From Candidatus Parvarchaeota archaeon (GTDB lineage: Archaea > Nanobdellota > Nanobdellia > WJKC01): a stretch of DNA of 64,000 nt. A program made the position numbers and the translations under genes. The first letter of the stretch is position 1, and each line of letters opens with the position of its first letter. Below are positions 44,978 to 56,353 of this stretch, piece by piece. Below the pieces are notes generated by a model that searched no databases, had not been told where the DNA came from, and saw only the letters and a list, made by a program, of their open reading frames with translations. The stretch covers positions 126,566-190,565 of the forward strand of contig JAUWZX010000001.1 in NCBI GenBank assembly GCA_030615175.1. The letters are read 5' to 3'.

Positions 44978-46110
44978 GTTTTAAAAGCAAGTCTTATGTT
45001 ATTGTAAGTCACACTTTTGTTGAAGGCAGTTCCCAAGTTCTATTGAAATTTTTAAATAAGCATAAAAGTAATTCAGTTGCTTTTATTGGACACCCATTAA
45101 ACTACGCGCCTGACGTTGCAAACTTTTATGAGTATTATTCTAAAGGCAGGAAGATTAAATTAAGGAAATTCTTAAATGTTAAACTACCTGAGAAATTATC
45201 TTATTTTAAGGATTTTTTCATGACTTTTATTTCTTTTAGTTTCTTGAAAAAGCGTTTTGATATTTACTTTGGTTATGATGCTCTTAATGCATTTGCTGGC
45301 TTAATCCTTCGCAGAATTGGACTTGTCAAGCAAGTTGTTTTTTACACAATTGATTACTTCCCTCAGCGCTTTAACAGTAAATTTTTTAATTGGCTTTATC
45401 ATAAAATTGATTCTTATTGTGCTGAGAAGTCTGATTTTGTTTGGAATCTTAGCAGCAATATTGGAAAAGCGAGGAAAAAGAAAGGAGTTAAGAAGAAACC
45501 ATTAGTTGTCCCTGTTGGTATTGAAATTCATAAAATAAATGTAAGAAAGTATGACAAGCATCACTTAATATACGTTGGGGGTCTTGAATGGTATTACGGT
45601 GTTCAATTAGTAATCCAAGGCATGCCAAAGTTGTTGAAGAAATTCCCAAAACTTTATTTAACAATAATAGGTCCTCCTTCAGCAGTAGGTTATGATAAGG
45701 AATTAAAAAAAATGGTTAAAGAATTAAGTCTTGAAAGCAAGGTTAAGTTTTTAGGAAGCATTACTAATCAAAAGAAGCTTAATTCAATTCTTTCAAAAGC
45801 AGGCATTGGTCTTGCCTTGTATTTACCTGATGATAAAGGATGGAAAAAGTATACTGATGTTACTAAACCAAAGACCTACCTTGCTGCTGGACTGCCAGTA
45901 TTAATAACTAGTTACTTAAGTATAAGTAAGGAGATTAGTGATTCAAATTTAGGCATTGTAGTAAAGCCAAATCTATCAGGAGTCATTAATGGAATTGAGA
46001 AATTCTTTAATAGTGATGTTGAGCAATTAAATAAAAATGTTTTAGAATTCAGGGAGAATTATGATTATAACAAAATTTTTAATAAAAATTTGCAAAGGTG
46101 TTTTGATTAA
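44974..46110 (+). CDS. GT4 (GT-B) glycosyltransferase
   Basis: LIYVGGL, IIG, KPKTYLAAGLPV. Confidence 0.85.
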   Translation: MSFKSKSYVIVSHTFVEGSSQVLLKFLNKHKSNSVAFIGHPLNYAPDVANFYEYYSKGRKIKLRKFLNVKLPEKLSYFKDFFMTFISFSFLKKRFDIYFGYDALNAFAGLILRRIGLVKQVVFYTIDYFPQRFNSKFFNWLYHKIDSYCAEKSDFVWNLSSNIGKARKKKGVKKKPLVVPVGIEIHKINVRKYDKHHLIYVGGLEWYYGVQLVIQGMPKLLKKFPKLYLTIIGPPSAVGYDKELKKMVKELSLESKVKFLGSITNQKKLNSILSKAGIGLALYLPDDKGWKKYTDVTKPKTYLAAGLPVLITSYLSISKEISDSNLGIVVKPNLSGVINGIEKFFNSDVEQLNKNVLEFRENYDYNKIFNKNLQRCFD

Positions 46111-47273
46111 TGGATATATTATTTTTAAATCATAACCAGAAAGGGTATGGCACTTATTATAGATGTTATCATTTAGGCAGGGAATTATCATTGATGAGAC
46201 ATAAAGTTACTTTATTATGTGCCAGTAAGAAAAACTGGGATTTAAGAATAAGAAAACATAAGATTAACAAGAATTTTACTATAATCACTTTTCCAAGATT
46301 AAGATTTCATAAGTGGCATACTGGTCAGACATTAAGGACTTTTCTCTACTCTATTTATGCATTTTTTTCAAAAGCAGATATTGTTCATGGTTTTGCAAGT
46401 GCTTTACCAGTTACAGTAATACCTGGCATATTATGGAAGGTAATAAGGAAGAAGCCGTTACTATTTGATTGGGATGACGTTTGGTCTGGAGGATTTGCTG
46501 ATTATCATAATTCTATTTCAAGGAGAATACTTTCTTTTTTTGAAATGAATGCGCCAAAGTATTGTGATGGATTAACTGTTACTACTGATTTTACTTACAA
46601 TCTTGCTAAGAAATTTGGTTATGAAAATAAGACTTGCAAAGTGCCTAATGGTTGTAATGTTAGGGGTATAAAGTATATTACTAAGCAGGTTGCAAGGAAG
46701 AAATTAAAAATTAAAAGCAACGAAAAAATCATTGTTTCAATGGGGCATACTTATTTTAAAAGCATGGAGTTATTGCTTAAATCTTTTAAATTATCTTTAA
46801 AGAGCATTCCTGACTTAAAATTATACCTTGTTGGCAAATTTGATGAATCAAAAATTGATGAAAAATTATTTAAGAGAATATCAAACAATGTTGTAATTGT
46901 TGGTGAGGTTACATATAGTAAAGTTATGGATTACTTGTTTTCTTCTGATGTATTAGCTCTTCCAATGGAGAATACTTCAATTGACAAGGGCAGGTGGCCA
47001 GTGCGATTAGGCGATTATCTTGTTGCAGGAACTCCAATAGTTAGTAATGCTGTTGGAGAAGTAAAGTTAATACTGGAGTCCTATAATTGTGGATTAACTT
47101 CTAATCCAAATGATATTAAAAATTTTTCCAGTAATATTATTAAATTATTTAATGACAATAAGTTAGGGGGAGGGATAAGGGGGAGCGCGGTTAAGTTGTC
47201 AAGAGGGGAATTTTCTTGGAAAAACATTGCAAAAAAATTAAGTAAAATATATGGGGAAGTGATACAAAAATGA
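46110..47273 (+). CDS. GT4 (GT-B) glycosyltransferase
   Basis: FDWDD, VPNG, DVLALP, PVRLGDYLVAGTPIVS..VGE. Confidence 0.85.
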   Translation: MDILFLNHNQKGYGTYYRCYHLGRELSLMRHKVTLLCASKKNWDLRIRKHKINKNFTIITFPRLRFHKWHTGQTLRTFLYSIYAFFSKADIVHGFASALPVTVIPGILWKVIRKKPLLFDWDDVWSGGFADYHNSISRRILSFFEMNAPKYCDGLTVTTDFTYNLAKKFGYENKTCKVPNGCNVRGIKYITKQVARKKLKIKSNEKIIVSMGHTYFKSMELLLKSFKLSLKSIPDLKLYLVGKFDESKIDEKLFKRISNNVVIVGEVTYSKVMDYLFSSDVLALPMENTSIDKGRWPVRLGDYLVAGTPIVSNAVGEVKLILESYNCGLTSNPNDIKNFSSNIIKLFNDNKLGGGIRGSAVKLSRGEFSWKNIAKKLSKIYGEVIQK

Positions 47274-48463
47274 GGATATTAATTGCTGCAATGGGGCACT
47301 CGCCAATGGATTTTGAGAATGTTGATTACAGGCCTAGAAACGGTGGCGAGATAAAACTTATTGAAAGTATAAAAGTTTGGAGCAGGAACAACAAGATTAC
47401 TATTTACTGCCCAGAAGCAACAAAGAAGATTTATGGTAAAATTGGATTAAAGGTTGATTACATAACCTTGGATAAGAAATATAATAATTCGTTTCTTGGC
47501 TTATCCTGTATTTTTTTAAAAAGGATTATTGGTTCCCTTTCTAAAAAAATTAATGGAAATGATTTTGATTTAATTTTATCAAGCTCTGATTTTTTATTTG
47601 ATGTAATCCCTTCAGTTTTATTAAAGAAAGGGAATCCTAATCTTAAGTTAGTAAGTGGTATTTACCTTATTGCTCCAGGCATTTTTAAGAATTTTAAAAA
47701 TTATTATACAAATAAGAGGTCATTTCCAAAATTCAGAAACTTATTATATTACTTAAATCAGAGAATGAGTTTTTACTTATTGAAAAAACATGCTGATAAA
47801 GTAATGGTTTTAAATAATTTTGACAAGAAATCATTAATTAAGAAAGGCTTTGATTCAAATAAAATTTTTATTACGAGTATGGGAGTTAATCTTAATTATA
47901 TTAAAAAAATAAAGCCTTCAAAAACAAAGTATGATGGCTGTTTTATTGGCAGATTACACCCGCAGAAAGGGATTTTTGATTTAATAGAAATCTGGGGAAT
48001 TATCCGCAATAAATACCTTGATTTCAGGCTTTCTTTAATAGGAGGAGGTTCTAAACATTGGTTTAACAGGATTAAAAAAGAGATTAAAAATAAGAAATTA
48101 AATAATAACATTAATGTTCTTGGATTCCTTAAAGGGGAGGAGATATTCTCAATTTTAAAGTCATCAAGGGTTTGCTTATTCCCAAGCACTTATGAAAGCT
48201 GGGGTCAAGTTATTGTAGAAGCCATGGCTTGCGGGGTGCCTGTGGTGTCCTATAATCTTCCCTTTTTTAAGCATGTATTTGGTGATGCAATAATAAATGT
48301 CAAGATGGGATATAAAAAAGCTTTTGCAAATAAATTCTTGGAATTAGTGAAAGATAAAGGTTATTATAAAAAGCAACGCAAGAAGGCATTATTAATATCA
48401 AAAAAGTATGACTGGAATTTAGTTGCAAATAAGGAATTAAGTTTAATGAGGTCAGTTATATGA
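47270..48463 (+). CDS. GT4 (GT-B) glycosyltransferase
   Basis: FIGRLHPQKG, FPSTYESWGQVIVEAMACGVPVV. Confidence 0.92.
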   Translation: MRILIAAMGHSPMDFENVDYRPRNGGEIKLIESIKVWSRNNKITIYCPEATKKIYGKIGLKVDYITLDKKYNNSFLGLSCIFLKRIIGSLSKKINGNDFDLILSSSDFLFDVIPSVLLKKGNPNLKLVSGIYLIAPGIFKNFKNYYTNKRSFPKFRNLLYYLNQRMSFYLLKKHADKVMVLNNFDKKSLIKKGFDSNKIFITSMGVNLNYIKKIKPSKTKYDGCFIGRLHPQKGIFDLIEIWGIIRNKYLDFRLSLIGGGSKHWFNRIKKEIKNKKLNNNINVLGFLKGEEIFSILKSSRVCLFPSTYESWGQVIVEAMACGVPVVSYNLPFFKHVFGDAIINVKMGYKKAFANKFLELVKDKGYYKKQRKKALLISKKYDWNLVANKELSLMRSVI

Positions 48464-49257
48464 GACTGCCTAAAGAGTTAAGGAATGTTCATTCAAGAGT
48501 GAAGGAGCATTTTTATCCTGAATTATACAGTTACCGCATGCAGTATTATAAGGATTTAATTCTTTCAGGGCTTAAAGGCAGGAAAATTTTAGAGATTGGT
48601 TGCGGCAGCGGATGGTTAACTAGGAACATGGTAAAGAAAGGTTATGATGTGCATGTAATTGATGTTTCTAGAAAATCTATAAAAGAAGTGTTGTTTAGTT
48701 CAAAAATAGCTAGGTTTAATTTTAATTTTGTTCAGGGTAATGCTTTAAAATTACCTTTTAAGGATAATTTATTTGATTCTGTTTTAATGGTTGGCGTTTT
48801 AGAGCACATTGCTGATTACATGAAGTCCTTGAAGGAAATTAACCGCGTTCTTAAAAAAGAAGGAAGATTTATTTGCGGCGTGCCTAATATTTACACTTAT
48901 GGTATTTTCTATGATAAGATTATTTCCCCTCTATTTGATAAGACTTCATTAGGTTATGATGTTCAATTATCAAAGTATATGAAGCCTTTAGGCCTGTCAA
49001 GACCACATGAACATACTGATGACCATATAGTCCGGTTTTCAATTAGGAAATTTAAGAGATCATTATTAAATTCTAAGTTTAAATTAAAAGATATTTCTAA
49101 CATAGAGTTCATTAGTTCTTTTGTTTCAACTTTCTTTTGTGGGTTATTAAAAGTTAAAAGAAAGAGGCTTATGCCTTTTGAAAAACTTGACATTTTCCTT
49201 GCAAAACATTTTCCTTTATCATTTGGTTGCGGCTGGATTTCTGTATGTGAAAAATAA
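48460..49257 (+). CDS. Class I SAM-dependent methyltransferase
   Basis: ILEIGCGSG, IDVS, LPFKDNLFD, VLEHI, RVLK.EG. Confidence 0.9.
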   Translation: MRLPKELRNVHSRVKEHFYPELYSYRMQYYKDLILSGLKGRKILEIGCGSGWLTRNMVKKGYDVHVIDVSRKSIKEVLFSSKIARFNFNFVQGNALKLPFKDNLFDSVLMVGVLEHIADYMKSLKEINRVLKKEGRFICGVPNIYTYGIFYDKIISPLFDKTSLGYDVQLSKYMKPLGLSRPHEHTDDHIVRFSIRKFKRSLLNSKFKLKDISNIEFISSFVSTFFCGLLKVKRKRLMPFEKLDIFLAKHFPLSFGCGWISVCEK

Positions 49258-49260
49258 ATT

Positions 49261-50847
49261 TTATTTCTTTTTTCTGCCTTCATATAAAATTTGAGGAGTG
49301 AATCTTCCTTGTTTTAGCATTGCTATTTTAACTTTAACCCCGCTTTTAATTAATTTTAGAACATATTTTAAGTCATCTAATGAACGTATCTTTTCAACAA
49401 CCTTTAATGGATTCATAAGGCTTTTAATTCTTTTACTCCAGAAGAGGTTTGTATATTCTGTTTGGATGTTCTGTAATTGTTTTTTTGTAAATCTTTCCGT
49501 GTCACATCCATTCTGTGATAATGCTGCTCCTAAATTAGATAAGTCACTTTCACTTATTTTACCTAATTTCATGAACTTGTCAAAATTAACTAAGCCCTCT
49601 TTTTTGAAATCTTCATACATTTTTGTTCCTGGAAAAGGCATGGCTAGATAAAATAATGCAAAATCAGTTTCTGATTCAATTGCGAACTTAAGTGTTTTAT
49701 TCATTTCTTTTTTTGTTTCATATGGAAATCCTATGATGAATGTGCATACAGTCCATAGTCCTGCTTTATTGCAATGTTTTATAACTCTTTTTGCCTGACT
49801 TAAGTCATGCAACTTGTTGATGTACTTTCTGGTAGTTCTTGAACCGGATTCTATACCAAAAGTTATGCGATAACAGCCCGCCTTTTTCATTTTTTTAATG
49901 GTTTCATTATCAAGTGACCAGTGGCTTGTTCCATTAGGTGTTGTCCATTTAATTTTTATTTTTCTTTTTAAAAGTTCATTGCAGATTTTATTTGTTCTTT
50001 TTTTGCTTAACGTCATGTTGTCGTCAATGAATGAAACTTCATTAATTTTATAGTCATTAATTAGTTGTTCAATTTCGTCAACAACGTATTTTGCTTTATG
50101 TGTTCTCCACGTATGACCCCAGACAGAATGAATAGAACAGAAAACGCAGTTTCCAGGACAGCCTCTTGAAGTTATCACTTGAGTTGATGGAGGGGCCATT
50201 ATGTACCTGTTGGATGTGTATTTAAAATATTTTTTCATAGGAAGTAAGTCCCTTGCTGGGAAAGGAATTGTATCCAAGTCTTTAATTAATGGTCTTGGCT
50301 TGTTAATTATAATCTTTTTATTTTTTTTATACCCAATACTGAGGATTTCTTTAGGATTAAATTTTCCGCAACTTAGTGATTTTACTATCTCATTAAATGT
50401 TACTTCACCTTCTCCATAAACAACCAAGTCCAGATTTTTATCCTTTAATAAGAATCTTGGGAATATTGAGGCATGAGCCCCACCCATAACTGTTAAAATA
50501 TTTTTATCTACTTCTTTTGCTAGTCTTGCAACACTGTGAGCGTCTCTGGCATACGCGGTGTACATTGAATTAATCCCAATAATATTTGGATTATACTTTT
50601 TAATTTCTTGTTTAATTTGCTTTTCATTTAAGCCGTATTTAATCCAGTTTTTACCCTTTTGAACATTTTCGATTCCCTCTGTTAATGCATCAATTATTTT
50701 AACTTCTGAAGTTTTTTCTTTTCTTAAGTATGATGCTATGTATGCCAGTCCTAATGGGGGATTAGTTGCTGGTTGTGATAAATCTTCTCCATATATAGTC
50801 ATTGATGGAAACATTAATAATGTTTTAACATCTTTCATAAATTTCAC
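49261..50847 (-). CDS. B12-binding radical SAM protein
   Basis: PPLGLAYIAS, GGAHAS, GEGE, TSRGCPGNCVFC, FGIESG, IIGFPYET, PFPGT. Confidence 0.92.
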   Translation of the reverse strand: MKFMKDVKTLLMFPSMTIYGEDLSQPATNPPLGLAYIASYLRKEKTSEVKIIDALTEGIENVQKGKNWIKYGLNEKQIKQEIKKYNPNIIGINSMYTAYARDAHSVARLAKEVDKNILTVMGGAHASIFPRFLLKDKNLDLVVYGEGEVTFNEIVKSLSCGKFNPKEILSIGYKKNKKIIINKPRPLIKDLDTIPFPARDLLPMKKYFKYTSNRYIMAPPSTQVITSRGCPGNCVFCSIHSVWGHTWRTHKAKYVVDEIEQLINDYKINEVSFIDDNMTLSKKRTNKICNELLKRKIKIKWTTPNGTSHWSLDNETIKKMKKAGCYRITFGIESGSRTTRKYINKLHDLSQAKRVIKHCNKAGLWTVCTFIIGFPYETKKEMNKTLKFAIESETDFALFYLAMPFPGTKMYEDFKKEGLVNFDKFMKLGKISESDLSNLGAALSQNGCDTERFTKKQLQNIQTEYTNLFWSKRIKSLMNPLKVVEKIRSLDDLKYVLKLIKSGVKVKIAMLKQGRFTPQILYEGRKKK

Positions 50848-53800
50848 TTATGGTTTCTTTCTTTTATAAATAATTCCATTATTAATATTAATAAGCTTCC
50901 AACAATTATTGTTATTAATAGTATACTTAAACCTATTGAATAATAAATTTGATCTTCAAAATAAATCTTGAATTCTCCTGTTTTATTTACATAAAAACTG
51001 TTGCCGCTAATTGATATTTGTTTATTAAAATCCGCATTACTTATCCATCCATCATGGAAATTCTGGTTAAATATTAAATACCCTATTTTATTTGTTGAAA
51101 ATTCGAATTCAGTATTAGATAATTCCTGATATGGAATTGTATATATCTCATCATCATTATCAAGCAAGCCGAATACGTCAACATAACAATCCCCATCTGA
51201 AGTAAAATTAATGTTATTCATTCCCTTTTTAATATGGAATTCTGTTTCTCTTAACTCATAATTTCCACCAACATCATAATCTTGATTATTAACTTTTAAT
51301 TTTGAGTTGTTACATCTCGCTCTAAAAATTAATCTTTTAACAGAATCACAACTAGCGTAAAAATTATAATTTAAAGGTGCTCTGGCGGTGTAGTGATTGC
51401 TTGCATTAATATCTTTAATTTTTGGGTTGAAAAATTCCCCTTCATTTACGAATAATTCGTCTAATTCATTTTTGAATTCATAGTTTTTTGGCAAAAACAC
51501 TATTTCAAACACAGCATTTTCGCCTTCTTCGCTTTTGATTGTTATGTTGTTAAAATCATTTAAAGTTATGTCAAATAATTTTTCCCATACTAAACCTTTT
51601 TCTTTATCAGTTTTTGTAATTATCTCTTTATTAAAATCATTAATTTTAATTTCTACTAAACTAGACTGGTAACCCTTGTAAATTAAAGTATAAACAGTAT
51701 ATTCTCCTTGATTAATCTCGAATTCTTTAGTGATTGAACTATTAGTCAGACTGAACATGCCATTACCTTGTTTCGGGTATGATGAATAATAGTAATTAAA
51801 TGGCCAGTGATAATTAATATTAGCCCATTCAGTGAGTGGGTCTAAATTACTTAAAACAAGTTTCCCCGGGAGTATTTTATAACCATCATTTAATTTTGAA
51901 AATTGGTATGTTATGTTGTCATTATTAATTACAATTAACTTAGTGTTTTCATTATTTTGTTTAAAATCATTTAATAATATTGCCTTATTATGAATATTAA
52001 AGTTTAAGTAATCAAGACTAATTAATCCGTTTAAATATCCTGAAAGTAAGTAAGCGTTTCTTGTTTGATATATCATTTTTGGCGTTATGTTTATTTCAAA
52101 AACATTAAATGTATCAAATAAGTCTAATTTATTTAAACCATCTTGGCTAGCTAAAAATGAATCTAACTCTGGTTTTTTATTAACTTGTAGCCATGGTACT
52201 GCGCTTTTTGAAGTAAAGTTATAGTCAAAAGGGTAGTAATAAAATTCATCATAATCTGGCACAATTACATATTTTACGTTCGCGATTTTTAGTAGATTAT
52301 GAATGTTTCTTGTTCTTAGCTCGTCTTGGTTATAAATTATTGAGAAAATAAATCTTGAAGGATTATTAATTACAAAGAATGAACTTAAAAATTCTGGCTT
52401 TGGTGAATAAAGTGTAGTAAATTCAGTGAGGTGCTTAGTTTTTTCTCCAACATATGTTGCATACGTTGATGGCAAATACGTTACTCTGAAAAATCCATCT
52501 TGATTTAATAACCAATTATATAGTTGATAATCTTCAGGCTCATAATCCACAATTCTTAAGCACAAAGGCTGGTCAGTATACATTTGATGTTGATTTAAAT
52601 TAAATGTTACAAACGGCCATGAATAATATATTATTGGAGAAATAATTAATAATATATAAAAAGCATTAATCAATTTTGAATTTTTGAATTTAAGAATTTT
52701 CCTAAAAAACACATTAGAAATTTTTCTGATTTTCTTATTATTAACAGAATAACCAACCAGCAATGCAATACTTATTGACATAATTGGATTAAACCGATTT
52801 GGATTAGAAAAAGTGTTAAAAACCATTCCTAAATTATTTAGCAAGAAATTATAAAAGATGGTTCCAAAAATAGTATTGACCCCACTGATTAATATTATGC
52901 CTGTTAAAAACAAAATAAAGAACAAATAAAATTTCTTATCTAGTTTTCCAAGTAGATTTAACATAATCAGGATTAATGTTAGTGCTGAAAAAGCTTTTAT
53001 ATAAAATGGGGATGGAAACACGAATTCAGGACCCAAGCCAGTCTCCGAAATAAAGTTAAGAGAACCTATTATTGGAGTGCTTCTGTCTTCTAAGTATAGA
53101 CGTCTAATAGAAGTTTCTTCCTCAAACGCGCCACCTCTATATTTAATCCCTCCACTTAAAGTGTTTATAAATGGCAGAATCCAAAAAGAGTTCATAAGAG
53201 AGAAAATTATTATTATTATTGTGCTCGTATAAATAGGTTTCATATTTTTGTAATTAAGTAGTTCATATAAACTGAAAATAAATAATAATATTAATGATAC
53301 TACTAATAGCATTGGATGTATTGAGGATAAAGTAAACAGAAATCCTGCAATGATACTGTTTTTTATTAATTTTTCTTCATTTGCTTTTAAAAAAAAGATT
53401 ATGAATAAAGGGATTACTGAGTAACCAAACGCGATTGGCAGATGCCCTGCAACAAAGCGGGAATAAATAACAGGCGAGTACATGTAAATAATTGCTGATA
53501 AAAAACTAGCTTTATTATTTAATTTAAACTTTTTACTTAAGTAATACATTGAAACCCCAGATAATAATAATGTTGCAATCATTGAAAATTTAATTAAAAT
53601 ACTTGCTTCAACGAAATTAAATAAAAGGATTATCCACCAAAAAAATGCTGTGGGGGTAAGTGCCCACTTGGAACCCATACCATAATCTGAATTCCAAATC
53701 TGAAAATATGAACTGGCTTTATTTGTTATTTGTTCATTAAACGGCGGGGAATCCCAGTCCCATGTGCAGCAAACAACTCCTTGAGTTAGTAGGCTGGGTA

Positions 53801-53861
53801 ATAATGGCCATATAGATAATATAAATAAGATGGTTAGTGCATGAGAGTTTTTTATTTTCAT
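50844..53861 (-). CDS. Large GT-C membrane protein (YfhO/AftD-like) with extracellular domains
   Basis: About 13 N-terminal TMs with WD motif, FRVTYLP, NVKYVIV, GYLIFNQNFHDGW, C-terminal TM. Confidence 0.65.
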   Translation of the reverse strand: MKIKNSHALTILFILSIWPLLPSLLTQGVVCCTWDWDSPPFNEQITNKASSYFQIWNSDYGMGSKWALTPTAFFWWIILLFNFVEASILIKFSMIATLLLSGVSMYYLSKKFKLNNKASFLSAIIYMYSPVIYSRFVAGHLPIAFGYSVIPLFIIFFLKANEEKLIKNSIIAGFLFTLSSIHPMLLVVSLILLFIFSLYELLNYKNMKPIYTSTIIIIIFSLMNSFWILPFINTLSGGIKYRGGAFEEETSIRRLYLEDRSTPIIGSLNFISETGLGPEFVFPSPFYIKAFSALTLILIMLNLLGKLDKKFYLFFILFLTGIILISGVNTIFGTIFYNFLLNNLGMVFNTFSNPNRFNPIMSISIALLVGYSVNNKKIRKISNVFFRKILKFKNSKLINAFYILLIISPIIYYSWPFVTFNLNQHQMYTDQPLCLRIVDYEPEDYQLYNWLLNQDGFFRVTYLPSTYATYVGEKTKHLTEFTTLYSPKPEFLSSFFVINNPSRFIFSIIYNQDELRTRNIHNLLKIANVKYVIVPDYDEFYYYPFDYNFTSKSAVPWLQVNKKPELDSFLASQDGLNKLDLFDTFNVFEINITPKMIYQTRNAYLLSGYLNGLISLDYLNFNIHNKAILLNDFKQNNENTKLIVINNDNITYQFSKLNDGYKILPGKLVLSNLDPLTEWANINYHWPFNYYYSSYPKQGNGMFSLTNSSITKEFEINQGEYTVYTLIYKGYQSSLVEIKINDFNKEIITKTDKEKGLVWEKLFDITLNDFNNITIKSEEGENAVFEIVFLPKNYEFKNELDELFVNEGEFFNPKIKDINASNHYTARAPLNYNFYASCDSVKRLIFRARCNNSKLKVNNQDYDVGGNYELRETEFHIKKGMNNINFTSDGDCYVDVFGLLDNDDEIYTIPYQELSNTEFEFSTNKIGYLIFNQNFHDGWISNADFNKQISISGNSFYVNKTGEFKIYFEDQIYYSIGLSILLITIIVGSLLILIMELFIKERNHK

Positions 53862-53910
53862 TATACAACAGCAACTGTTTCTTTTTTTAATATGTTTGGA
53901 TAAGAATTCA

Positions 53911-56253
53911 TTAAAGACTTGTTACATTGAACTCTAATTTCGAGAGCTTTAATTTTACATCTTCATTTACTCCAAGATAAATTGGTTTATCAGAATCTGC
54001 ATAAACTTGAAATTTTAGTGTTACTTGTGTTAAGTTCAAATCCTTTAAAGTTAGCAGCGCATCTTTTAAAGAAATATGCTCCCCACGCACATCTACATGA
54101 CCTCCTCCAACAATAGTGCATTCGTCAATTAAATTAGAATTATTAAATACTAATATTTTTACAAAACTTTTATTGTAAGGAACACAGGTTATAACATTTA
54201 ATGAAATTTCTTTAATAACACTATTATCTTTTGATTTTAAAAAGTATTCTATCTCACCTAATTCTCTGTCCATTGTTGGGAACAAGTAACCATCATACTC
54301 TAGTTTTCGTAATGAAATATTGCTGAAACTATTACTATTTATTAGAAGAGCGGGTCCATTGAGTTCTAAACTCCAATTCCCTTCAGTTACAGGGATTTCT
54401 ATTTTTCTATTAGTCCTGCTTGCCTTGTAAACATTAAAATTTCCGAATCTGAAGATGTCAGAGAACACTCTTTTTTCAGACAAGTCATCAGTATTATTAT
54501 AATATATTTCATATGAAACATCTTGACCTTCCCATTTAAACCATCCCTTTATCCATACTAGAGCGTTTCCTGATTCTTTTTTGTAAGTGACAATGGTATA
54601 ACCTGAATCACTTTTTTCTTCTGGCTTGAAGACTAACCAGTATTGTTCTGAAGTGTTTAAATTATTTAGGTTTAAGTAGATTTTATTAATACTACTTTCA
54701 ATTGGTTTGAATGATTTATTATGGACTATTTCTCCTGAAGGTTTGTTATTTAAATCTCTATGGATTTCCAGGGTTAGGTTATAATCTGGGGTTTTATGAC
54801 TTTTACTGAATCTTATTTCAATTAATGATATGCTTGGATTTGTTAGATTTATTGGCTGTGCAATGATGGAACCAAAATTAGTACATCCTAAACTATTGGC
54901 TTGTGAGATGTTTTGATTAATTGGCTGAAAGTTCCTCATTATTTCATAGAAATCTCCAGAATTAGGTATAATAAACCACAAAGTTCCGTTCTTATCTAAA
55001 TTTCCAGTTGGTTGATTAATCATTTCCTTTAATCGTTCACTTGAATACCATTCAACTATTTCTTTTAAGCTTCCATCATTAATACTGATTGCGTCATTTT
55101 CCTTAACATTTTCTTCTAAGAACTCTGCCATAAATTGTTCATGTCTTACCCAATGGACTGTGCCTCCCAAATACGCAGAAGTTGCTGGTATTAAAATATA
55201 ATTTAAAATATAAATTAATAAGACTGAGTAAATTAATATATTAATTGCATTTACAAGCGTTCCCTTTTTTTGAAGTAATTTAATATTCGGCAATCTGATG
55301 TTGCTTAATGTTATTGAAATTAATGTAATGCATAGGGGCAATAAGAATAGAAAGTATCGGAAATCTCCAGAATAAAAATTGTAATTAGTAGTATATAATA
55401 TAATTAAAGGAATGAAAAGGAGCAGGTATAATGCAAATTTTCTGTATTCTTTTTTAATAATTAATATCCCAATTGGAATGAAAAGTAAAATGGAAAAGAA
55501 GAAATCATAATCTCTAAAATAAACATTGAAGAATTCAAGAAAATTTATTGAAGACTGCGAGTCTATATTGTACCTAATACTAAGTGCTGATATGTAGTTT
55601 GGTATCCATGGAAGGAAAAAAAGCGCGATTATGAAGAAATTTATTAGCATTTTTTTAAACTTTATTTTCTTAAATAAGTAAAAAATGATGAAGACCAGGA
55701 ACTCTGTTAAAACAAGTAAAGCAAACCATGAGTGAGTGTATAATCCTAGTACATTACTTATTATGAAGTACTTATTGTCATTTTTCCCCTTTTTCCTGTA
55801 TAGGATTTTAAAGAAAAAATGATAAGACAGAATTGAGAGAAGCGTGAATAAGGTGTACATTTTAAAAAATTTTGAGTACAAGATGAAGTAAGGTAATATC
55901 ATTAACAATGTTGCAGAAAGTAATGCTGTTGCTCTGTTGTTTATGCTGAGATTAAAAAAGTAAATCGCGATTATTGATAGTAATCCGAATGTTAATGGAA
56001 TTAATCTTATTATGAAATCAGAGTTATAATTTATTACTATTGGGTGAGAGATTAAATAAAATAAAGGGGGATTTGTTTTAATTGAGTATAAGTGATTAAT
56101 TATTTCTAAGGGAGCTTTTCTTGAAACGTAAGTGGTGTATACTTCGTCCCAGTAAAGGGTTTTTGCATCAAGATTATAAACAAGTATATTAAACCCAATA
56201 ATTACTAGTGCTGAGCAGATTATTAAATCAATTTTTTTAATTTTAAACACCAT
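53911..56253 (-). CDS. GT39/ArnT-like membrane glycosyltransferase with large extracellular C-terminus
   Basis: LYWDE, NPPLFY, RL...FG, KMY, LYTH, FLPW, RYF. Confidence 0.78.
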   Translation of the reverse strand: MVFKIKKIDLIICSALVIIGFNILVYNLDAKTLYWDEVYTTYVSRKAPLEIINHLYSIKTNPPLFYLISHPIVINYNSDFIIRLIPLTFGLLSIIAIYFFNLSINNRATALLSATLLMILPYFILYSKFFKMYTLFTLLSILSYHFFFKILYRKKGKNDNKYFIISNVLGLYTHSWFALLVLTEFLVFIIFYLFKKIKFKKMLINFFIIALFFLPWIPNYISALSIRYNIDSQSSINFLEFFNVYFRDYDFFFSILLFIPIGILIIKKEYRKFALYLLLFIPLIILYTTNYNFYSGDFRYFLFLLPLCITLISITLSNIRLPNIKLLQKKGTLVNAINILIYSVLLIYILNYILIPATSAYLGGTVHWVRHEQFMAEFLEENVKENDAISINDGSLKEIVEWYSSERLKEMINQPTGNLDKNGTLWFIIPNSGDFYEIMRNFQPINQNISQANSLGCTNFGSIIAQPINLTNPSISLIEIRFSKSHKTPDYNLTLEIHRDLNNKPSGEIVHNKSFKPIESSINKIYLNLNNLNTSEQYWLVFKPEEKSDSGYTIVTYKKESGNALVWIKGWFKWEGQDVSYEIYYNNTDDLSEKRVFSDIFRFGNFNVYKASRTNRKIEIPVTEGNWSLELNGPALLINSNSFSNISLRKLEYDGYLFPTMDRELGEIEYFLKSKDNSVIKEISLNVITCVPYNKSFVKILVFNNSNLIDECTIVGGGHVDVRGEHISLKDALLTLKDLNLTQVTLKFQVYADSDKPIYLGVNEDVKLKLSKLEFNVTSL

Positions 56254-56353
56254 TTTGTAATCTGTTTATGTGAAGTTATTTATTAAATTTTTTGCCTAAA
56301 GGATGTTTAAAATCATAATATTTATTAATAAACATCTTTATTAATCTAACATA